From the NCBI GenBank assembly GCA_950097015.1, contig CATNEN010000003.1:13516001-13580000 (forward strand): a DNA stretch of 64,000 nt, read 5' to 3'. Made by a program: the position numbers and the translations under genes. Shown here piece by piece: positions 37,001-49,135 of the stretch; the stretch's first letter is position 1, and each line of letters begins with the position of its first letter. The stretch is from Macrostomum hystrix. Its lineage: Eukaryota; Animalia; Platyhelminthes. The notes beneath the pieces were generated by a model that searched no databases, was not told the DNA's origin, and saw nothing but the letters and a program-made list of their open reading frames with translations.

Positions 37001-38730
37001 GATTTGATGAGTGAGAGAAACAGCTGAAACTGAGGATTTGATGAGTGAGGGAAACAGCTGAAACTGAGGATTTGATGAGTGAGAGAAACAGCTCAAACTG
37101 GGGATTTGATGAGTGAGAGAAACAGCTCAAACTGGGGATTTGATGAGTGAGGGAAACAGCTCAAACTAAGGATTTGATGATTGAGAGAAACAGCTCAAAC
37201 TGGGGATTTGATGAGTGAGGGAAACAGCTCAAACTGAGGATTTGATGAGTGAGGGAAACAGCTGAAACTGAGGATTTGATGAGTGAGGGAAACAGCTCAA
37301 ACTGAGGATTTGATGAGTGAGGGAAACAGCTGAAACTGAGGATTTGATGATTGAGGGAAACAGCTCAAACTGAGGATTTGATGATTGAGGGAAACAGCTG
37401 AAACTGAGGATTTGATGATTGAGGGAAACAGCTCAAACTGAGGATTTGATGAGTGAGAGAAACAGCTGAAACTGAGGATTTGATGAGTGAGAGAAACAGC
37501 TGAAACTGAGGATTTGATGAGTGAGAGAAACAGCTGAAACTGAGGATTTGATGAGTGAGAGAAACAGCTGAAACTGAGGATTTGATGAGTGAGAGAAACA
37601 GCTGAAACTGAGGATTTGATGAGTGAGGGAAACAGCTGAAACTGAGGATTTGATGAGTGAGAGAAACAGCTGAAACTGAGGATTTGATGAGTGAGAGAAA
37701 CAGCTCAAACTGGGGATTTGATGAGTGAGGGAAACAGCTCAAACTGGGGATTTGATGAGTGAGGGAAACAGCTAAAACTGAGGATTTGATGAGTGAGAGA
37801 AACAGCTGAAACTGAGGATTTGATGAGTGAGGGAAACAGCTGAAACTGAGGATTTGATGAGTGAGAGAAACAGCTCAAACTGGGGATTTGATGAGTGAGG
37901 GAAACAGCTCAAACTGAGGATTTGATGAGTGAGGGAAACAGCTCAAACTGAGGATTTGATGAGTGAGAGAAACAGCTCAAACTGGGGATTTGATGAGTGA
38001 GGGAAACAGCTGAAACTGAGGATTTGATGAGTGAGAGAAACAGCTGAAACTGAGGATTTGATGAGTGAGAGAAACAGCTGAAACTGAGGATTTGATGAGT
38101 GAGAGAAACAGCTGAAACTGAGGATTTGATGAGTGAGGGAAACAGCTGAAACTGAGGATTTGATGAGTGAGAGAAACAGCTGAAACTGAGGATTTGATGA
38201 GTGAGAGAAACAGCTCAAACTGGGGATTTGATGAGTGAGGGAAACAGCTCAAACTGGGGATTTGATGAGTGAGGGAAACAGCTAAAACTGAGGATTTGAT
38301 GAGTGAGAGAAACAGCTGAAACTGAGGATTTGATGAGTGAGGGAAACAGCTGAAACTGAGGATTTGATGAGTGAGAGAAACAGCTCAAACTGGGGATTTG
38401 ATGAGTGAGGGAAACAGCTCAAACTGAGGATTTGATGAGTGAGGGAAACAGCTCAAACTGAGGATTTGATGAGTGAGAGAAACAGCTCAAACTGGGGATT
38501 TGATGAGTGAGGGAAACAGCTGAAACTGAGGATTTGATGAGTGAGAGAAACAGCTGAAACTGAGGATTTGATGAGTGAGGGAAACAGCTGAAACTGAGGA
38601 TTTGATGAGTGAGAGAAACAGCTCAAACTGGGGATTTGATGAGTGAGGGAAACAGCTCAAACTGAGGATTTGATGAGTGAGGGAAACAGCTCAAACTGGG
38701 GATTTGATGAGTAAGGGAAACAGCTCAAAT
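34035..38730. repeat. 34-bp satellite (aaactgaggatttgatgagtgagggaaacagctg), about 4.7 kb
   Basis: About 138 copies with a few recurrent variant positions. Confidence 0.95.
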
Positions 38731-38833
38731 TGAGTAGCTGGTAGACTAAAGTATGTCAATCGGGATATTAAACAGGGACAAACCTAAATTAAATAATTCC
38801 TAACGAATCACACTTTTTCAAAGTTTTTCTTAC

Positions 38834-39121
38834 TTTTTCACACCCGAATCAGAAGGACGACGGTCGGTCTTTTGATGTCCTCGACTGCTCTTAGTACCTC
38901 CGCCTCCACCGCCGTCTTTCCTTCCACCGCGTCCTTTACTGCGCTGCGAGGCTGAACTACTGTCGACGACACCGCCAGTATAATCTGCGTTCAACTGGCA
39001 ACGACACTGTGCGAAATATTGGCCACAATGGCGACAGATTTTACTCTGTTGCTGCTGATTCTGCTGCTGATGCTGATAATGATGCTGGAGAGGCTGCTGC
39101 TGTTTCTCAATCGGAATTGGC
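38834..39121 (-). CDS. Tudor gene exon 7 (polyQ, CRHCGQYFAQCRC, basic Gly-rich tail)
   Basis: Acceptor gtatag. Ends either at TAA 38830 or at a donor AA|gtaaga overlapping that stop. Confidence 0.7.
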
Positions 39122-39202
39122 CTATACAAAGTTAGAACATAAAAAAACGTGACTGTTTTTAATCCAAAAAAAATATTGAACATCAAATCCAACTGTCCTC
39201 AC

Positions 39203-39403
39203 CCTTTGGAGGCAGTCTGACGCAAAGGACCGCCACCGCCGCCATTTCCCAGCCTCGGGCCCGAACGGCTAGACGCAGCCGAGGGACCTCCACCGCCGAT
39301 GTTGGCGAGGCCAGAGTTTGGTCCTCCTCTGCCAGCGCTAGACATGGGGCGATCATTGTTGCTTCGGTGCTGCTGCTGCTGCTGCTTTCCTCCACTGCCT
39401 CCA
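39203..39403 (-). CDS. Tudor gene exon 6 (Gly/Ser/Gln-rich)
   Basis: Acceptor tgacag, donor GG|gtgagg, phase 2 at both ends. Confidence 0.72.
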
Positions 39404-39465
39404 CTGTCATGGTAAATAAAGTTACATTTTTCGTATTTTATATTATAGTACATTATGCGTATACC

Positions 39466-39768
39466 TGCAGCCAGCGAGGAGGCAATTCTGCCCATTCTTC
39501 TAACTCCTGAGCACACACGCACACGGATACTGCACGCAGCCATACGTTTTCACAGGTGTGTACATCTGCCCTGACTTTCTCAGCGTCAGGCAGTGTACAC
39601 TCTCACTGTGCCTTGGACGTTGGCCCTCAAGGGCGAAAAATTGCTCGACAAGCCCCCAAGCCTTCTCTCCGCGGCTGCGCCCCAAATAAATGTGGCCCCG
39701 CCGTGGAATCGAACTTGGGACCCTGGTGCGAGAGGCAAAAGCGTTAACCGCTCTGCCACCGACCCCCC
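39466..39768 (-). mobile_element. tRNA-derived SINE copy in a Tudor gene intron
   Basis: Same family; A and B boxes present, 3' end truncated. Confidence 0.85.
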
Positions 39769-39783
39769 GCAATATCAGCTTAC

Positions 39784-42395
39784 CCAGATCGTTTAGTAGC
39801 TGCAACGCTCCTGTCGACGCCGCCGCGACCGCGTTCCTCGGTGCGACAGGGCCTATTGTTCATTCGATTCTCAGGCTGAGACTGCTGCTGCTGCTGCTGT
39901 GGTGGTGGTACGCCAGTAGAGGCAGACGATTCAGATTGCCTAGCGGCCACAGTCTCGGGACTTGTGGCTCTCTTCTGAAGTGTACCAATGATGCTACCCA
40001 ACTGCCAGGAGGTGTTAAAACGTTTACTAGAACTTCCACCAGCAGCCGGCACGGCAGCTCGGCCTGAAGGCGCACCTGCTTCAGTACTTGGCGACTGTGC
40101 AGCTGAAGTAACGGCAGTGTCTGTTGCACTATTTTTCAGACAAGGACTGGCTAGCTTGTTGTCAACAGCAGCCGAAGGAGACGCTCTGTCGCATCTCTCC
40201 ACGCTAACAGTGTCGGACAAAATGGCACGAGCTGCTTCATCAGCGGCTACTTCTTCCTCCCAAGTGGCACTGCGGCTGATGGGCTGCTGAATGATTGAAT
40301 CCTCAGCTTCGTGATATTCTTCGTCAGCTTCGTCGCACTCTTCACCTTCATTATCGTCTCCGTTATCTTCTTCCTCCTCCTCCTCCTCTTGATAATCCTC
40401 TTGCTCCTCTTCATCGTAATCTTCTCCGCCATTGTCAACAGCATGTGCCGCCTGCTCGTCAGTTCCAAATTCAGGATTATCAGTGCCATCGGCGTCTGGT
40501 CGAGGCTCCGTGTAATAATACTGATGATCGGCAATCAAATCGTTGCCGTTGCTGTGCGCTCGATTACTGGCATTGACAGGCTCAGACAATAAAGGCATAA
40601 CTGGCAGCACAGGCGGTGCCATTGACATAGTAACAGTCGGGTGCTGGGGATGATGATGAGGCAGATAGCCAGAAGGATGCGGATGCTGGCCGTATACATT
40701 ATGAGGTGGTGGTGGCGGAGCGTGCTGCTGTGGCTGACCGGCCGATACAAAATAAGACAAGTTGATATTAAAATGAGGCGGAAGAACGTGATGTTGCGGT
40801 CGCGGCTGCTGCTGCGGCTGCTGAGGAAGATGATGCGGTGGAGCAGCGTACAGCGCGTTGTGTGCACCATAATCTGGCGCGTGAGCAGCGTAGTCAGATA
40901 GGGATGGCGCCAGCGACATTGGATGATGGGCAAGCTGATGATGAAGCTGCGTAGGCGGATGCTGATTGTAAGCCGGCAGAGACTGACTAACTTGTGGCGG
41001 CGGTAGCATAATCGACTGCGGATGATGGTGTAAGTTCGGATGCATTGGCAAAGATAATTGCTGTGGAAACATCGGAATAGTCTGTGGCGGCTGCTGCTGC
41101 TGCTGCAGCATCGGTAGCTGGTGCTGCTGTTGAGCAGAAAGGCTAGAAGTAGGACTAGTAACCTGGGAGCCAGGCAATGAGGCTGCTAGTACGGCGCTGC
41201 GATCAACAAATACTACGACCTGGTCATCATCCATATCTTCTTCGTCGCTATATGCGCAGATGCCATTCTGATTGGAGCATTCGGCTTCTGTTAGCGGCCT
41301 AACAAAGCCTAGCCTGATTAGAGGACTGAATTCATCTTCAAAGGGAGATATAGTGTTTAAGGCTAAAGATGTCAGCGAATTACTGGCAGCGGCAGCGACT
41401 TCTGCAGCCTCGGATGGAGCAGAAGCAACTGGGGCTGCTACAGTGAAAGTGTGGACTTCGCGTGGCAAATCAGGATTAGTTTGCAATCTAATATCGCGAT
41501 GCTTCATCGAATTAGATGTACTGGCGGCTGCTACTGCGTTGCGCAAGAGGTTAACAAATTCGTCAGTTAAAGCCAGAGCGAACTTTTCGCTAACATCGTC
41601 GCTAACAAGTGGATTGTGCGGCCAAGCTTTCACTTTAAATACGCGCCTAGAACGATGCTGGCATTGACCAACTGCCCGAAGCATGAAGGCCTGATCCGGA
41701 CCGCCGATTCGGTCTGCCAACCAGAGCGGCTCAGTCAAGACCGCAATATCAGTTGGTTCGGCTAGGCAGCATTCGAAGCTCAATTCTGGCACATTGGAAT
41801 AGCGATTGTCTGAAACGGCATCTACGAGACGATCCCGCGTGACATTTTCTGTTTCTCCAATGTCAACTAGGCGAACAGCTACAGAAGTGCTAGTGCTACT
41901 GTTTTGTAGATTAGTGCTCAGTAGGATTCGACCACGTCGCCAGCAACCGTCGCGACATTTAGCGTAGATTCTTTGATTATTGCGCAAGTCTGATGAATAT
42001 TCGGCCATAGTTTGAAAGTCTGGCTCTACAGCGCGACGCAATTGCAAATCGGACTCAATATGGCTAATTAATTCCTCTCTAACTGGCGAATCCTGACATG
42101 CGGTAAATACGCCGTAGGATGACAAATTTGACAATAGCCGACAACGCAATGGTGCGCCAGATTCGTCTATAGCCAGCGTTTGCAACTCCCTGCCTAACAA
42201 GTCGAATGCTGATTGGCCAATAGTTCCTGTCAACTGCTGTTGATTAGATAAGTTCAGCTGATCGATGCGGCGTTCGAGATCGTTTAAACAGGCCAAGATT
42301 TCAGGCTGCGCCGGATTGGGCAAAGCGTGCCAGCCAATGGGCTCAGAGTCAGTCAAATCTCTGGGCGGAATACAGCGCTCTAGGCCTGGCCTTAG
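39784..42395 (-). CDS. Tudor gene exon 5 (extended Tudor domain; Q/P/H-rich and acidic disordered regions)
   Basis: Acceptor ttacag at 42396, in frame with the 858-aa ORF. Tudor motif YAKCRDGCWRRGRIL...VAVRLVDIGETENV...PELSFECCL. Donor GG|gtaagc at 39783. Confidence 0.88.
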
Positions 42396-42509
42396 CTGTA
42401 AAAATGCGTATCAATGGAATGGAAACTTGTTTTTGTTCCTCTAAAAAAGCCAGACTTTTTCTCATTTGATTTAAAAACTCCTAAGGTCATATTGTATGAG
42501 TACCAGTAT

Positions 42510-42990
42510 ATGGATACAACCCTACCAAGATAGGCCAGATTGTGTCACAAGCCTACACAGACTCATAACCCTACCCAGATTTGGTCATAAGGCTACCCAG
42601 ATTGTGTCATAAGACTACCCAGATTGTGTCATAAGGCTACCCAGATTGTGTCATAACCCTACCCAGATTTGGTCATAAGCCTACCCAGATTGGGTCATAA
42701 CCCTACACAGGCTGGGTCATAACCTACCCAGATTGGGTCATAACTCTACCCAGATTGTATTATAACCCCAACCCAGATTGGGTCATAAGGCTACCCAGAT
42801 TGTGACATAACCTACCTAGATTGGGTCATAACCCTACCCAGATTGTGTCATAAGGCTATCCAGCTTGTGTCATAAGGCTACCCAGATTGGGTCATAACCC
42901 TACCCAGATTCGGTCATAGGCTAACCAGATTTGGTCATCAGGCTACCCAGATTTGGTCATCAGCCTACCCAGATTTGGTCAAAACCATAC
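42510..42990. repeat. About 22-23 bp minisatellite (tacccagattgtgtcataaggc)
   Basis: Degenerate tandem copies in a Tudor gene intron. Confidence 0.85.
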
Positions 42991-43091
42991 GTCGTAAAAC
43001 TTTTTTATCTCCTTAGGCCATGAAACCGACTTTGGCAGAAGAGATTGGATCATAGACCGAGCTTTAAAGTAATAATTAATTAACGACTTAC

Positions 43092-43362
43092 TTTATTGAG
43101 TTCCAAGTACTGTTGCAATAACTCATCTGTACTATTAACGCCGGACATTGCATCTAAACGAGCGCTAAACTCGTTATAGGCGCCAACTGAGTCATCTAGA
43201 CGGCGTTTTACTTCAACTAGGTTAATTCGCTTCTGTTGATAACGATTTGAAGCAGCAGTAATAGCATCAGAGCGAAGCTTATTAACTTGATTAGTTAGGA
43301 AAGTTAGACGAGAAATTATCGCGTCTGAGTCCAAGTTGATACGTGATTTCACAGACATGAAG
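43092..43362 (-). CDS. Tudor gene exon 4 (coiled coil)
   Basis: Acceptor ttttag. Heptad-like ISRLTFLTNQVNKLRSD...LVEVKRRLDD. Donor AAA|gtaagt. Confidence 0.75.
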
Positions 43363-43430
43363 CTAAAAAAAATTTTTGGAAGAACTTGATTATGTGGATC
43401 AACTTAAAATGTAAGCTACTTATTCATTAA

Positions 43431-43876
43431 CAGTAGAAATACTATTGTGCTATTTTCAAATACCCACATTCTTTGTATTATCTCCGTAAATATTCAACTA
43501 ACCGGCATGAAAATTTATAACACGGGCTCAAATTTTCCGCTCTATCCGATTAAACAACATCCAGAATCACAAATAATCGACATCGTCGAGATATTCAATG
43601 ATTCTCGTCGGAGTGTCTAGTGGTAAAAACCACGAAAGGAGGCCAAAATTTTTTGTCTTTGTCACCATGCTCTTTTACAAGAATTGCTGAATATCTCGAC
43701 GATGCTGACGCCTGGTGGCTTTGCAAAGTTAGCTCATCGTAAAGGGTAGAAAAATTGTATCCACATGGTGGGCTTTCACGAAAATCTGTCATTCGGTTTG
43801 GGAGCCATTGTGAAGTAGGCTGCGGGTATTTAAGATGCTCCGGTGATTTTTCCCCCAAGGGGAAAACTTTCTACTG
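43431..43876 (+). mobile_element. Non-autonomous element, Helentron/HINE-like, longer copy
   Basis: ttttccgctctatccgat...ccagaatcacaaat and acgaaaatctgtcatt...gtgaagtagg are shared with the 13826 copy. Ends ttaa|cagtagaaa...tttctactg|ttaa; hairpin ttttcccc-caa-ggggaaaa. Confidence 0.55.
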
Positions 43877-43943
43877 TTAAGACAGGGGAAGTATAGCTTA
43901 GAGCACGGGGAGTGAATAACTGTTTGAATATTCAATGACTCAC

Positions 43944-44068
43944 TCTCGCCGGATGAGTCCTGATTCGCCAGATTTAATTAGACTTTCAAGCTCATTAGAG
44001 CATCGTTTTGCCACTTCTAAGTAGTTTAAGCACTCCATCTTTTCCTGCTCTTGTGTGTGCCTCAGGAT
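43944..44068 (-). CDS. Tudor gene exon 3 (helical region)
   Basis: Acceptor tttcag. Encodes ILRHTQEQEKMECLNYLEVAKRCSNELESLIK. Donor GA|gtgagt, phase 2. Confidence 0.72.
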
Positions 44069-44158
44069 CTGAAAGTATTATTAAAGTGTTTATTTTCCAT
44101 AGCCATATAAAAATAGGTTCATATAAAGAAACTTATAAATACAAATCAACCAACGAAC

Positions 44159-44253
44159 CTCTTGAGAAACTGCAGTTGGTCTGTGAGCAGCTGCAAGATC
44201 ACCAACATGATAGTCAAAGAAGCATGATGGGCAAAGCTGCACTTGTCCATTGC
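44159..44253 (-). CDS. Tudor gene exon 2 (second half of the B-box)
   Basis: Acceptor caccag. Encodes NGQVQLCPSCFFDYHVGDLAAAHRPTAVSQE. Donor GAG|gttcgt. Confidence 0.72.
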
Positions 44254-45776
44254 CTGGTGACAAAATAGGGGTAAAATTGATTAAAAATGAAAATTTAATA
44301 TAGAAATATAAATATCACTGATGTGAACAAAGAATGAAGACAAATGGAGATATAACCAATGGGTATATATGAGTATTTGTTGAAATCCTATATTTAAAAT
44401 AATAACTACAAATTGCAAACCAAGGCTATACATATTGCAAGCTGTACATAAAATTAGAAAAATTAAGCTAGAAAATACTTTCCTAACAATTACAGTAAAT
44501 GCTGTCAGTGACAATACTGCATTTTAGTATAGAAAATTCATCAATTTATTAAAAAAACTCATTATGAATGCCATCATACCAGCATACTACTATTAATACT
44601 GTATAGCAGTTATCAGCTAGCAACTTGACTTTAGCCTTAAGTGATTGAAATTCTTTTGCTTTTTATAAATAGCTCAATATCTATAGCTTTGAAGTTTAAA
44701 CTTTTTTATAACTTGCATAGTGAGTCATATGATGCAGGTGCTGATCTATGAAACACCAATTTAATTTATATAATCTGATACACCCAATAATAGCAGTAGC
44801 TAGATAGCTTTAGATAGCTTTAAAAGTCTTAGAATGTACTGATTTTTGTACTTAGTAACTTTAGGCAACTTAGTATAATGTTAAATTAATAAAAGTTTAA
44901 ATATTTAAAACTATACATTAAAAAATTTCTAAAATTACTGTATTTTATAAACTTTATACATTCAATACAAGATCATATAAAAATGCTCCAGCTCCAGCAT
45001 GAACTTAAAATATCTCTGACTATTGCTGAGGTGAAGGTCATCATTTAACCCATATAGGAGATGCAATATTGCCTAGGCACATAATAATTTTATCTTTTGT
45101 TTTGCTTTGTTATCTGGATGACAAACTGTCTAGGATCTTAGAGTATAGAAGGTATCCTAAACATAATGTATTGCTTGTTTTTTTAGGTTTTCTAGTATTG
45201 TGTACTCATTTTTTATATTCCTTTATTCTTATTATTATTAATTGGTGGGTAGGCTAAATAAGCCATTTTTGTTGATTGACATTGTCATTACATATTTACT
45301 CTGTTTACTTGTTTTTATTTTATATGTCTGTTTGCTAAACTAGGCCATAATAATTTTCTAATTTTTCTATTTTCATTATTGAGCAGTCTGATCTTTGGTT
45401 ACATTATTTCAGAATTCTGTAACAAGTCATAAAAAAGATTTTTGTCTTAAAATTGATTTTAACTCTTGACATAAACCCCATTTCCCTCTATTACAGAAAA
45501 TTGACACATAAAATTTTGTTAAACTTTATGGAGGCAAAAACATTTTCAAATGTAGTTCTATTTAATGCAAAACAAAAACTTTCTTTTCTCACAAAACAAA
45601 CTAGGGGGCCTACTCACTAACATCCCCTCTGCCTCCTTTTTACATCCTTACTACTTAATGCTTTTGTGTCCTTATGGTTGCAAATATGTTATTGTCTGAT
45701 CTTAAATATATAATAAAAAGGAAGGGACAAATAGTCTCACAGTTTGACTTTATTTTTACATTTGGTTGTACACTAT

Positions 45777-46196
45777 GGATCCTAGACACTTCGTCATCTT
45801 ACAACTTTGTCATCCACTTGGAAGGTAGGACACTTCATCATCTAGCCAATTGGCATGCTTTAAAGTTTGGTCAGTTTGTCATCTACTAGTAACAAGCAAT
45901 CAAGTTTGTCATCAATAAAGTGAGGGTGGGGTGGTGGGGCAGAGGTTTGAACACACTTCACACTCTAAATTGTCAAAAAGGTGGCAAAACTGCTTTTATT
46001 ATAAGAGTTGAAAGATAGGTGCCAACACGATATGAGGAGGGGTGGCGAGGGTGGTTCTGTTCTACTTTGAAAACTTTTGTTTTAGAGATGACAAAGTGTC
46101 CACAAGTCTAGGTCTCATTGTCATCCACCCTCTGAGATATTGAACAGATCGTCATCTGGATGACCAAGTTGTAAGATGATGAAGTGTCCAGGTACC
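45777..46196. mobile_element. MITE, MULE-like (about 40 bp TIRs, 8-9 bp TSD), with an extra orphan end at 46228-46344
   Basis: Left end GGATCCTAGACACTTCGTCATCTTACAACTTTGTCATCCA; reverse complement of right end GGTACCTGGACACTTCATCATCTTACAACTTGGTCATCCA. Flanks gtacactat and atacactat. Confidence 0.65.
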
Positions 46197-46789
46197 ATAC
46201 ACTATAGCACATATAAAATTATAATGGTTGTTATTAGTAGATGACAAACTGACCAAGCTTAAAACCATGCCAATCAGGTCGATGACAAAGTGTCCTATCT
46301 AAAAAGTGGATGACAAATTTGTAAGATGGCAGTGTCTAGGATCTATGCAGCATGTAGGCCTACTAGCATTTGTATGTGCATTGTCAGGTGCCTCAGGCTA
46401 GGCCCCCGATGGCTCATAGCTTGACCACAAGTCTTTTATGTCTTATAGAACCATAGATTCAACAAGGAAATTATTAATATGTGTAAAATTAAATGGAGTT
46501 CATCTAGCTAGGCCTTTCTCAATCTGAGATTGAATTGAAATAGTTTCTAGCCAATTTAGCTATGATCCATAAGAATTTTGAATGAAAAAACAACATAATA
46601 AACTGGCAGGGATGTTTAGATTGCCATCTCATGAGACTTAACACTCGATAATCCAAATATTTATATCCACAGTAGCAGCACATTGACATATAACAGTAAA
46701 AAGAGAACAGCCTTCTTAATCAAGTTTATCGAGAAATAGAATCTAAAATCTGGATTCTAGAAATCTGGAAATATTGTGGAAAAACTTAC

Positions 46790-46850
46790 TTGTTGTGCAG
46801 CCTTTACAACACAGTACAGGGGGCTTTGTTTTACACTTCGAACAATTCAT
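46790..46850 (-). CDS. B-box/coiled-coil/Tudor protein (RNF17/Qin-like architecture), first coding exon
   Basis: ATG at 46850, MNCSKCKTKPPVLCCKGCTT, donor A|gtaagt. Splices in phase to the next exon to complete a B-box-type motif. Confidence 0.7.
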
Positions 46851-47769
46851 AATAGTCCTGGGTTCCGGCAGTAGTTAATTATTAAAATCCTACAGCCTAT
46901 AACCTAATCTAATCCATAAAAACGAAAGAGAAAAAAGTTAATGATTTAAAGTATTGCACAATCTAATTTAAACAAAGCACATATGTCCTGACATAAAATT
47001 GCTATTTTAAATGCATCTTAAGGCGTAGATAGTTAAACTAAAAGTTATAAAATGACTTTTGTTGTGAAAAGTTTTTTAGATTCACAATATTATTAAAAGT
47101 GGTACCTTATTTAAACTGACAACGCCGCGACAACAATGAGCCCATCGACTAATCAAGTTATAAATACGCCAAGCCAATGCTTTTTTAACAGGCTTTTAGA
47201 AATATGTATATGTTTTTTGGCTGCTTAGTAGCAAAAAGTATGGAATTGTTATTTAATTTACATATTACATTCTGAGACGTTCCCCAAGTTTCGCAATCTG
47301 GGGCAAGATGACTGGACCGATTTCAGATTTCAACTTTTAGATTTTAGACTCCGCTTACCGATTTCGTTGATTAACACTTCTAACGCTTGGTTGAAGCTAT
47401 TTATATACTAACGTATATTCTGCTTTCAGCTTTCTTTTTTGCTAGCAAAAATCCTGTAATCCTTTAAAGTGGTTTAAGATCGAGGAGATGTAGCGCTACG
47501 CAAAGCTTAATATCGTTACTCTGATCTAAAAGGCCGAAGGTGAGAGGGGCCTATAGGGGCGCTTGGCCAGGGAATCTACATAAAGTCCTCTCGTTAGCAA
47601 GCGGTTTATTTTCATTTCTTTCCTTTTGTGAAGGAAGAGAAGGAGAATTTCTTTTCCTTAATTTCTTTCCTTCTTTATTGTTTCGTATACTGTCACTTCT
47701 CCTAGGGCTTACAGGGGCTAGCGCGGAATAGACGACTCTGCAGCCGACACTGCCAAAAGCAGTGTCCGT

Positions 47770-48710
47770 GGCCCAAGAGCTCAAGTTATGACACCACAAA
47801 CAGAACCAGCACCAGCATCAGCGATTGAAATGAATGCCAGAGCTACAACCCTGAGGGACACCAATCTGGTTGGAGTGGAGTGGACATAAGACTGACTGGA
47901 GGCAGGGGCGCCCAGCTTCCTCCAAGGGAGCTGGCCCTGAGCATGGAGATGTGATCCACCAGCCCGTCTGGCCCCGAGTGCTCATGAGGTAGATGCGGAA
48001 ACCCAGAGTCATGCTGCTGCTCTACCCTTCGTTGCCAAGCATTTTTCATCGTCTTTCCGAAGTTAGTGAGTTGTTTTTGAAAAGTGATAAAAAAAACTCC
48101 TGACACCAAGGTTAATGATCTTCTTCTGGTGACTGTGAGCTCGGTTCCACTCGTAGATTTCTCTCGCCAAATCCTCCAGGTGTCTGCAACACCAGTTATA
48201 GCCTGATGGCTGGCGGCAGATGTTCAGTGATGTGAACCCTACCGGTGCCGTGTTGTGCTGATCCGCTCTCTCCACACAGGGTATTGGAGGCTTCGAGGTC
48301 GGCGTACACAACAAACGGCGGAGAGATTGTCTTCTCCCAGTTCTTGAAGGTGAGCAGATTCGGTCTCAGGCATCACTTTGCGAATGACGAACTCGTCCGA
48401 CTGATAGCATGCAGTCTCGACGGTGCTGCTGCAGGCGTGTCACCCATCGATAATCCAGCCACTTCCATTAGTGTTCATGAAGTCGCATGTTCGCTCACAA
48501 TCCTGAATCTGCCGATTTCACCACTACACAAAAACGTTGTCTAGCTTTTCAAGGCAGTTGCTGATCCATTTGTCTTCCCGATCGGCATCGAGCTCACCGG
48601 CTTACATTGATTTCGTATAAAATCCGAGTCTCAGCTGAGCCCACACTATGCCGCCGCGTCCGATGTCAGCATGATGCTTCGCAGCCACTTGCTCAACCAC
48701 GTCCTGGCAC
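47770..48710 (-). pseudogene. Decayed protein-primed DNA polymerase B (Polinton/Maverick-like) fragment
   Basis: Motifs in the expected order across frameshifts and stops: NGSGWII (about 48450-48470), LTFKNWEKTISPPFVVYADLE (48292-48360, ExoI-like), HLEDLAREIYEW, HNLS (about 47785, ExoII-like). Confidence 0.65.
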
Positions 48711-48932
48711 TGACTAACCACTGACTATGTAGACCAACATATATTTGCAAAACAATAATGCTAATCACTAGTTAAAAGCAATTCTTAGCAAAGAAGTTAA
48801 AATTTATGTTGAAGTCAGGATGGTAATACCTTAGCAGCTGAAACTTGTTTTTGCATTTGGAAAAGCGATTTGTTGAAAAGTTAGACAATCAGTTAGCAAC
48901 TGTTAGCTGTCAGCTAATTTGTTAAAAGAGAA

Positions 48933-49135
48933 CTTTGCTCATGACCCTAGGCTTTTGCTCATGACCCTAGGCTTTTGCTCATGACCCTAGGCTTTTGCTC
49001 ATGACCCTAGACTTTTGCTCATGACCCTAGGCTTTTGCTCATGACCCTAGGCTTTTGCTCATGACCCTAGGCTTTTGCTCATGACCCTAGGCTTTTGCTC
49101 ATGACTCTAGGCTTTTGCTCATGACCCTAGGCTTT
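48933..49135. repeat. 20-bp minisatellite (ttttgctcatgaccctaggc)
   Basis: About 10 copies. Confidence 0.9.

Noticed and set aside
34035-38730. 34-bp (and 43-bp at 31844) repeats as CRISPR arrays
   Set aside because: Head-to-tail units without unique spacers, eukaryotic context, no cas genes.
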